Source: Macrostomum lignano (lineage: Eukaryota). Taken from it: a stretch of 64,000 bases of DNA. The notes beneath the pieces were generated by a model, which was not told the origin of the DNA, ran no database searches, and saw only the letters and a list, made by a program, of their open reading frames with translations. Where the stretch lies: contig NIVC01001422.1 of NCBI GenBank assembly GCA_002269645.1, forward strand, positions 62,001-126,000, given 5' to 3'. This document shows, piece by piece, positions 54,114-64,000 of the stretch. The translations under genes and the position numbers were made by a program. Position 1 is the stretch's first letter, and every line of letters starts with the position of its first letter.

Positions 54114-54200
54114 GTCAGTTTAAGGCAATGGCCTTTGACACGAGCGGTGGTAGCGGTGGTAGCCGCTCGTGTCAATTGGGCCATTGCCTTAAACTCTGAC
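54114..54200. other. ~87-bp near-perfect inverted repeat (hairpin or mini-MITE)
   Basis: AGTTTAAGGCAATGGCCTTTGACACGAGCGG pairs with CCGCTCGTGTCAATTGGGCCATTGCCTTAAACT; 15-nt loop. Confidence 0.85.
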
Positions 54201-54939
54201 TTCCGATGAGCATCATTGCTTAAAATTTACCGTAGAAGGTTACCTCCACCTCGCCTATGTCTCACCTTTAAGTCGCGCACCTAAAGTCACCCACCCCTTA
54301 CTCTGCACCCACCCCTAAACTAATTACATATATAATAAATATTTGCCTGTCTAGAGGTGGAATCTCAGATAGAGAAAAGCGGACGGCTGCAAAGATGGAG
54401 GCACAGCTCATTAATTGTAAGTATTTGCCCTGCACAGCATGAGCGATATATTGAGCATTACTGGACAGCTGAGCGAGCGAACATCCAGAAGGTATCTAGC
54501 CAAGCGTCGCGACCGGTCGCTTCAAAAGACGAGTGAGTCTGTTCAGGTGGCATTGAATCGTCATGATCTAGAGCAAGAAGCTGGGTCACCCGAACATGCT
54601 GATGCTGTTGAGATCGTCGGTGAGACTGCAGTATCGACGGAGGTTAGTGTTTGTTCTGAAGCTGCCTATTCTGTTGGTACGAAGTTTGCCTTCAACAATT
54701 GCACCTGTCACGGATGTTCCTTTTATTAGGCATTTCTGTAGGCTCTACTTCTACAGAAATCAGCAAATTTTACTCCTAGAATTACTGAAAGAATAAGAAC
54801 GACAGTCTAGTTTATCTTTTTTATTTAATGACTTTTAGTACTTTGCTCGACCAGTATGATGTTTATCAACTACAAAAATTTACATGGTATACTGGCACTG
54901 TGGTTTTTATACTGAAAGTTATTGACAGCCAACTCTTTA

Positions 54940-55475
54940 TACTGTTATAAATTTATGCCACAAACTAACCGAGTCTATATAGTCAACGGCTGACTTTGAC
55001 TTACAGTTGAAATATCCGCTAGCTCTTTCTAACCTAAAAGGTGACAAGTTGCCATAATCAGCAGAAACTAAAGCCAGCAATAAAAAAGCAACTGTCAAAA
55101 AAGAGGAAGCTTGCTATCGCTGGATGCAATAACGATTTTCAGGCTTGAAAATCTGAGTTCGATTACACGAACAGCGGCTGTATTCTCTTCTAGACAAATA
55201 AATCTAACTAAACTAAGAAAGCGCTTGAGACACGCGAGAGGAAATTGTTCATGACTTCCGAACTAGCTTTGCAGTTGCCTAAAGCCGCAAGTCTTAGATT
55301 TGAGCCGAGGTCTCCAGGAGGTCTCCTTGGCGCTCCGTAAAATTTGAAAATTAAAACTGGCTACAAGTAATGAAATATGAGCATTTGGTCAGCTTCCAAT
55401 ATCGGCAGAACTAATTTCTCACTGATGAACCCCATCGGTCTTCGAAATATTTCTTTGAGAGGCGGTAGTTCTACC
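54940..55475 (+). mobile_element. Possible decayed Penelope-like element end (GIY-YIG remnant + hammerhead-like motif)
   Basis: YKFMPQTNRVYIVN at 54946-54987 loosely resembles YKFxCPxCxxxYIG; CTGATGA..GAAA core inside a two-part enclosing stem at 55404-55475. Confidence 0.3.
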
Positions 55476-55557
55476 CCTGCAATATTTAAAGAAATCGCCA
55501 GAAAACCGTCTCAACAACTACTCTACTAACGTAAGCTTAATTTACTGAACTCTGCAC

Positions 55558-56551
55558 CGTAGGCGTTGGAACGTTTCAAAAAGTGGGGGGGGGGGCAGGT
55601 TCAGTGACAGATTTAGGGGGGCGGGGGGGCACAGGGCGCACGCCCCCGTCGAGTTAGATTTTTTATATGTAAAATGCACATTATCATGTACCGATTATTT
55701 TCAGAATCCGTCTTGTCAGCGCTCATTTTAGCGCCGCAGGCACTCATTTTAGCGCCGCAGGCACTCATTTTAGCGCCGCAGGCACTCATTTTAGCGCTGC
55801 AGGCACTCATTTTAGCGCCGCAGGCACTCATTTTAGCGCCGCAGGCACTCATTTTAGCGCCGCAGGCACTCATTTTAGCGCTGCAGACACTCATTTTAGC
55901 GCCGCAGGCACTCATTTTAGCGCCGCAGGCACTCATTTTAGCGCTGCTGACACTCATTTTAGCGCTGCTGACACTCATTTTAGCGCTGCAGACACTCATT
56001 TTAGCGCCGCAGGCACTCATTTTAGCGCCGCAGGCACTCATTTTAGCGCCGCAGACACTCATTTTAGCGCTGCAGACACTCATTTTAGCGCCGCAGGCAC
56101 TCATTTTAGCGCCGCAGGCACTCATTTTAGCGCCGCAGGCACTCATTTTAGCGCCGCAGGCACTCATTTTAGCGCCGCAGACACTCATTTTAGCGCTGCA
56201 GACACTCATTTTAGCGCTGCTGACACTCATTTTAGCGCTGCTGACACTCATTTTAGCGCCGCAGGCACTCATTTTAGCGCTGCAGACACTCATTTTAGCG
56301 CCGCAGGCACTCATTTTAGCGCCGCAGGCACTCATTTTAGCGCCGCAGGCACTCATTTTGGCGCTGCAGGTGGTATGTTTTGTCGCCCTGTAGCAAAATA
56401 CATTCATGCAAAGCAGCAAAAACCAAAAATAAGCAAGAAGTCTACATTTTACATTTAAAATGTGGAGGGTCCAGATACCTTTACTGGCCCCATATATTAA
56501 AAAGTGGAGGGAGGGGCCATGGCCCCATTGGCCCCCGTTCCTACGCCTATG
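55558..56551. mobile_element. Non-autonomous hAT-type DNA transposon (MITE) carrying an internal 21-bp minisatellite
   Basis: TIRs CGTAGGCGTTGGAACG (55558-55573) and reverse complement CATAGGCGTAGGAACG (56536-56551), 14/16 match; perfect 8-bp TSD CTCTGCAC at 55550-55557 and 56552-56559; G-tract subterminal regions. Confidence 0.88.
55720..56370. repeat. 21-bp minisatellite ACTCATTTTAGCGCCGCAGGC inside the hAT MITE
   Basis: About 30 copies. Confidence 0.95.
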
Positions 56552-57271
56552 CTCTGCACCGAAAGCTAAGGTGTTCACCTCTGATTTGAACTGTTGCGGT
56601 TCATCAGATAAGGAAAGGCGCGAGAGAGAGAGCAGAAGAAAAGGCAGATTAGATTTGCATAGAGCGACAGAGCGGGATGGGAAACGCGCCGCAATGGGAG
56701 AAAATGGGCAGGCAGGCAGGCAGGCATAAGGCAGGGAAATGGCAATGGGGAAAAGATGGGATTTTTTGGTCTTTCCTGGCCTCTTTTGCCAACAACCTCG
56801 CCCTATCTGTCTCTCTGTCGGTCTCGTCCCGACTGCAGCCGCTGCATCCCTCTCCCGTTTCCCTTTCCCGCCTCTCGCCCAGCCTCCCAGAAGCCCGCAT
56901 CAGCTCCCGCTCTTGTCTGACCTAAAAAAATCACCACCTCTTCACCCGCCAACTCTCAGTCCGTTTCCTCGGGGCCCCCAACGCTACTGCTGCCTCCCCT
57001 TCCTGCCCACCTCCTCACTAAGTCATGCCGCTTGCCCCCAAGCTTCATCTACCGGCCGCAGCTGCCCTTCCGCCCCCTACCCTGCCACTCTGTCCTCCCC
57101 TCCAACCTTATAGTAGACATTGAAAATCAAACGCCGGTATAGACAGAGCAGAGACAACACGCGATAGAGGTCTCCTGCTGCTGCTGCTGTTGCTGCTGCC
57201 CCCCCCCTTGTTAGCGCATCAGAAACAGCAGCAAACAGGAGCCCAGAGCGGAGCTGCGGCAGGCGCTAGCG

Positions 57272-57589
57272 ATGTCCGGCGGCCAGCACGCTCACAGGAA
57301 AGTGTCATTCTGCAACTCGGCCGAGCTGATCTGCACTGACCGGGCCGAGAATCTCGTGCTCTACGAGAGCAGCGTGCCGGTGCCTGAGACGGACGAGCGC
57401 TCGGCGGGCGGCCGCCGCTGCCCAAAGATGCCGACTTGCCTGCTAAAAGGGCCGAAGCGGCGACCGCAGAGGCAGCGGGAAAAGCGGCGAGGTCAAACCA
57501 GGAGAAGAGCGATCGCAAAAAATGACCCTGAGCTGTGTTGGAGATTGTGCAGGACTCACGGTCGGATACAAGCTGTGATTCGCTTATAA
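57272..57589 (+). CDS. Small hypothetical protein with an RVxF-like motif (RKVSF); 3' end uncertain (alternative stop at 57525 if one G is missing at 57449-57451)
   Basis: Strong GC3 bias over the first ~55 codons; AG-CG-ATG start context like other genes in the window; no family recognised. Confidence 0.45.
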   Translation: MSGGQHAHRKVSFCNSAELICTDRAENLVLYESSVPVPETDERSAGGRRCPKMPTCLLKGPKRRPQRQREKRRGQTRRRAIAKNDPELCWRLCRTHGRIQAVIRL

Positions 57590-57849
57590 ACCTAAAAAAT
57601 TAAACTAATCAAATTATCAATTGCATATTTTGATTTATTCTGTCAAATTGGTGATCAACTTTCTCTGGGTGATGCATTTTTGTCGCCGTTGGACGCTAAA
57701 TTATTGGTAGAATATGCACAGCACAACAGAGTTATCATAAATACAAACTTAGCTGTTCAATGTTGCTGAATGAAATCCTTTGCTTAAAATATTCGGTTGG
57801 ATTTTAATCTGGTAAGATTTTTAAGTCTGCTTTTTGCTGACAACTGCTA

Positions 57850-59560
<1,711 letters not shown>

Positions 59561-59919
59561 AGGCGCAGAGAGGAATAGAATGAATTGTTGCAAACTACGA
59601 GGGTAGTTCTAGCTAGTAAATTAGCTTGCTTGTTGCTACTGTATTTCCAATAGTAGCAGAGCTGATAATTGCTAAAAGTTACTGCTGTTTTTTAAAAAAC
59701 TGAATTGTTCGGGTCATTACTTCAAGCAATAAAAAATCTGATAAAAAGTTGACGGACTGACACGGGTAAACACAGAATTAGAAGATGGGGGCGTCAGATC
59801 TACGCTCTTAGCCTATACTAGTAGTTACGAACTATCTAGAACAGATAAATGTAGATAATAAATTTGAGTTATAAGTTTTATAACATTGTTTCCTGCTGCC
59901 AGTTTGCTGCTGCCAGCCG

Positions 59920-62900
59920 CTAGCACAAAACATGCAGCAGCGTAATCTTCACCGACCCGTCATTGACGCCTGCTTTGGTGTTGCCGCCGGTGATGCCGGA
60001 GCAGCCGCTGCCGCCGCAGTAGGAGCCGCCGCCACCTCCCGCCATATATCTGACCCGCCCGGCTCCGCCGCCGCTGAAGCCGCCGCCGCCGCCGCTGGCT
60101 CCGTAGAAGCCGCCGCCGCCGCCGCCACCAAAGCCGCCCTTGTAGTCATATCCGGCCCCCGCCTCACCGCCGGCCCAGTTGTTCGCAAGGCCGCTGCCGC
60201 GATCTCCGTCATAGTAGCCGCGCCGCGCCTTGTTGGGCCTGCCGAGCCAGCCAGCGCCGGAGCCGCCGTGGTGCTCACCCGAGGGCACCGCGTTCGTCTT
60301 CGTGAATCCCGGCTGGCCGTTCGAGCCGCCGAAGCCTTTGTAGGTCGAGTCCGGCTTTGAGTTCGTTCCGCTGGTGCCCGCCTGGCCGTCCACGCCTGCA
60401 GTTGGGAGACAGGCTTGAGATTGATGCATTGACGCAAATGCCCTCGGTCCCCTCAGATTTGGCGCCGATGCCCTTAGTCCCTTCAGATTTGGCGCCATTG
60501 CCCTTAGTCCCTTCAAATTTGGCGCCGATGCCCTTACTCCCTTCAGATTTGGCGCCGTTGCCCTTAGTCCCTTTAGATTTGGCGCCGTTGCCCTTAGTCC
60601 CTTTAGACTTGGCGCCGTTGCCCTTAGTCCCCTTAGATTTGGCGCCGTTGCCCTTAGTCCCTTTAGATTTGGCGCCGTTGCCCTTAGTCCCTTTAGATTT
60701 GGCGCCGTTGCCCTTAGTCCCTTTAGATTTGGCGCCATTGCCCTTAGTCCCTTCAAATTTGGCGCCGATGCCCTTAGTCCCTTTAGATTTGGCGCCATTG
60801 CCCTTAGTCCCTTCAAATTTGGCGCCGATGCCCTTAGTCCCTTCAGATTTGGCGCTGTTGCCCTTAGTCCCTTTAGATTTGGCGCCGTTGCCCTTAGTCC
60901 CTTTAGATTTGGCGCCGTTGCCCTTAGTCCCTTTAGATTTGGCGCCGTTGCCCTTAGTCCCTTTAGATTTGGCGCCGATGCCCTCAGTCCCTCAGATTTG
61001 GCGCCGATACCCTCAGATTTGGCGCAAATGCCCTCAGTCCCTCAGATTTGGCGCCGATACCCTCAGATTTGGCGCAAATGCCCTCAGTCCCTCAGATTTG
61101 GCGCCGAAACCCTCAGATTTGGCGCAAATGCCCTCAGTCCCTCAGATTTGGCGCAAATGCCCTCAATCCCTCAGATTTTGCGAAAATGCCCTCAATCCCT
61201 CAGATTTGGCGCCGATGGCACTCAGATTTGGCGCCATTACCTATCAGTCCATTAAAAGTCCCGCTGCTTCCCTTCAGCTGCTCAGATCCAAACACACTCT
61301 GGTTTCTAAGAGTTAGCACTGATTACTCCCCAGTTTCGATAAATCCCCTCGAGCCCCCTCAGTCCCACAGAACTGGCATCAGTCGATCCATTCCCCGAAC
61401 CAGCAGACCAAACAACACCAAATCCTACAGTCCCTCGGGGCTAAATAGATGTTACCTTTATGGTCTTTGCCGGCCCCTCCGCCACCTCCAGCAGCCAGCA
61501 GCAGGGTGTTGTCGGCGTCCTTGTAGACAAAGCTGCCCCCGCCGCCGCCAGCGCTGCCATGCGACAGCGTTTGTGACGTTATGTAGCCGCCTCTCTTCCC
61601 GACAACAACAGACAGAACTGTGCCGGCCGTCAGCCTGAAATTGCCGCTCATTTTGGCGCCGTTGCCTCCACTTCTAGCGAACACTTTGCCGCCATCGGCA
61701 CCCAGTGCCTCGATCCGGTAGCAGGCGGTGAACGGCAGCTGCACCGTCTGAACCGAACCGGTGCGTACGGAGCTCGTAGCTGAAGCTGAGAGACATTTCT
61801 TATTTAAAATAACAATTTAGAGGATTCAGACAGAGTTGAGTCATAGGGGTCATAGAGGGAATTAGGTCACAGCCGGAATTGAGTCATAGAGGGAATCGGA
61901 TTATCGATTGAATCGGGTCATAGGCTTATTGAGTCATACATGTAGACGGAACTGGGTCTAGACAGATTCGGTTCATAGACGGAATTGGGTCATAGATAAA
62001 AACCGGGTCATGGATAGAATTGGGTGATGGATAGAATCGGGTCATAGACAAAGTTGAGTCATAGACGGAATTGAGTCGTAGACGGAATTGAATCATAGAC
62101 GGAATTGAGTCATAGATGGAATCGGGTCATAGATGGAATTGAGTCATAGACGGAATTGAGTCATAGATGGAATCGAGTCATAGATGGAATTGAGTCATAG
62201 ACGGAATTGAGTCATAGATGGAATCGAGTCATAGATGGAATTGAGTCATAGACGGAATTGAGTCGTAGATGGAATCGAGTCATAGATGGAATTGAGTCAT
62301 AGACAGAATTGAGTCGTAGATGGAATCGAGTCATGGAATCGAGTCATAAATGAAATCGGGTCATATAACGAATTGGGTCAATGACGGAGTTGGGTCACAG
62401 ACGGAATCAGGCCAATGATAGAATTACGGCAATATGATCGGGGCCAAACCACTGGGCCAGAGACAGAACCGAACGATCACAATCCTTCCGGCTACTCAGC
62501 AGAAAAAGTCTTCTGAAACGGCGGCAGCAGGGCGGCCAGCCGCAGCTCCAGGTTGGCCACTTTCCACAGCCGATCGGACGGTCCGGCCTCAACGTGTCGC
62601 CGCACGCGGCTCGGTTTCGAATTCGGCATCGATTTGGTCGAGTCATCGGCCAGAAAAATCATTCGGCAGATTTTGGAACCGTTGGCCAGGCTGGCGACTG
62701 AGCAGCCTCCCTGCAGGCAGGCGGTGGCGCACTTGATCTCGGACCGGACTCCGGTCACATTCAGCTCGAAGCTGCTTGTCACATTGTCGATGAGTACCGA
62801 GTCCGTTCGGATCAGCTCGGTCTGGTTCACATTGGAGCCGGCGCTGGCGGCTGGAAATAGAATCAGCTTCCAATTGTCAGATGCGCATTGTGGCACTCCA

Positions 62901-63652
62901 TTTGGAGCCATCAATGACCATTTGGAGAGATCGATGACCGTTTAAATCCATCGATGACGGTTTGGAGCCATCGATGACGGTTAGGAGCCATCAATGACCA
63001 TTTGGAGCGATCGATGACCGTTTGGAGCTATCGATGACCATTTGGAGCCATCGGTGACCATTTGGAGCTATCGATGACCATTTGGAGCCATCGATGACCG
63101 TTTGGAGCCATCGATGACAAATTTGGAGCCATAAATGACAATTTAGAGCTATCGATGACCAATTAGAACTATCGATGACAAATTTGGAGCCATAAATGAC
63201 AATTTAGAGCTATCGATGACCAATTAGAACTATCGATGACCAATTCGAGCTATCGATGACCAATCGAAGCTATCGATGACCAATTGGAGCAATCGATGAT
63301 CAATTGGAGCTATCGATGACCAATCGAAGCTATCGATGACCAATTGGAGCAATCGATGATCAATTGGAGTCATAAATGACCATTTGGAGCCATCGATGAC
63401 TAATTGGAACTATCGATGACCAATTGGAACTATCGATGACCAATTGGAGCCATCGATAACCAATTGAAGCCATCGATGACCATTTGGAGCCATCGATGAC
63501 CATTTGAATCCATCGTTAACAAATTGGAGCCATCGATGACCATTTGAATCCGAATAAATTGGTTGCTATCTGAAAAGTTCGGTCGGTCCGGCCAACTCAC
63601 CCAACGAGCAGCAGCAGAACAGCAGCCGCAGAGCCACGCGTGAACTTCTCAT
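59920..63652 (-). CDS. Secreted protein with PAN/apple-like domain + ALK/LTK-type glycine-rich domain; exon 2-3 junction out of frame as assembled
   Basis: Exons (minus) 63652-63601 (signal peptide MRSSRVALRLLFCCCSL), 62850-~62497 (SEIKCATACLQGGCSVASLANGSKIC), ~61785-61456 (TGSVQTVQLPFTACYRIEALGADGG, VVVGKRGG, GGGGGSFVY, LLLAAGGGGGAG), 60395-59920 (GGFGGGGGG..GGGGGFSGG..GGGGGSY..GSVKIT). No TM segment or kinase seen. Confidence 0.75.
60440..61240. repeat. 30-bp minisatellite AGATTTGGCGCCGTTGCCCTTAGTCCCTTT, intron 3 of the glycine-rich gene
   Basis: About 18 copies, then a 21+30-bp variant block. Confidence 0.95.
61840..62405. repeat. 17-bp minisatellite GAGTCATAGA(C/T)GGAAT(T/C), intron 2 of the glycine-rich gene
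   Basis: Direct reading. Confidence 0.9.
62900..63545. repeat. 20-bp minisatellite CCATTTGGAGCCATCGATGA, intron 1 of the glycine-rich gene
   Basis: About 30 copies. Confidence 0.92.
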
Positions 63653-64000
63653 CATTGAAAATTTCTTTCCTTGCATAAAATTAATGAACGAAATACAGCA
63701 GTAGTGGAGGCGCCTCTGTCAGCGGAGTGTTGCTTTTTATGCTAAATTGTGAGAGCTGGTATTGTACACCCGTTGAGTGCACCCCGTAAGAAGTGCTGCA
63801 TGGCTACTTCAATTAGAAAGCTTCTGGCATCTCAAAGGCAGCTACTTCAATTCCAAACGTGACAGATGAATGTTTGCCATCATTTTAGAGTAGCCTGATA
63901 ATCTCCTTGTCTTCCTTGTCAATAGCCCATGAAAAACTGAATGAGATCTGGTGTGACTTCTCCATATCTCCCCTAGCCTGTTGAAATAACAAATATTAAT

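Overview
Eukaryotic animal genomic DNA, not prokaryotic; no CRISPR, rRNA or intact tRNA gene was found. GC3-rich exons rich in poly-Ala/Gln, separated by introns filled with minisatellites and (GACA)n, fit the flatworm Macrostomum lignano (inference from style only). I built five spliced or single-exon genes by hand from GT-AG sites and reading phase: (1) a 14-exon DUF4062-NACHT-WD40 (NWD/TEP1-like STAND) gene, 2071-17264 (+), with one frameshift; (2) syntenin, 20135-21511 (+); (3) an intronless-CDS class A peptide GPCR, 27841-29244 (-); (4) a Reeler + Spondin_N F-spondin-like gene with no visible TSR repeats, 42239-46293 (-); (5) a 3-exon profilin-domain gene with a ~240-aa N-terminal extension, 48883-51810 (+). 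There is also a secreted PAN/apple-like + ALK/LTK glycine-rich gene, 59920-63652 (-), with an unresolved junction, and a small RVxF-motif ORF at 57272. Mobile DNA includes a hAT-type MITE with an 8-bp TSD, a related element in NWD intron 8, a LINE 3' fragment, a tRNA-derived SINE and a possible decayed Penelope element with a hammerhead-like fold. About 35 distinct tandem arrays occur, usually a different one per intron. Most long ORFs in the supplied track are translations of these arrays. The most interesting pattern is that several intronic repeat units share 9-15 nt seeds with the neighbouring exon or splice boundary, while others are carried by MITEs.
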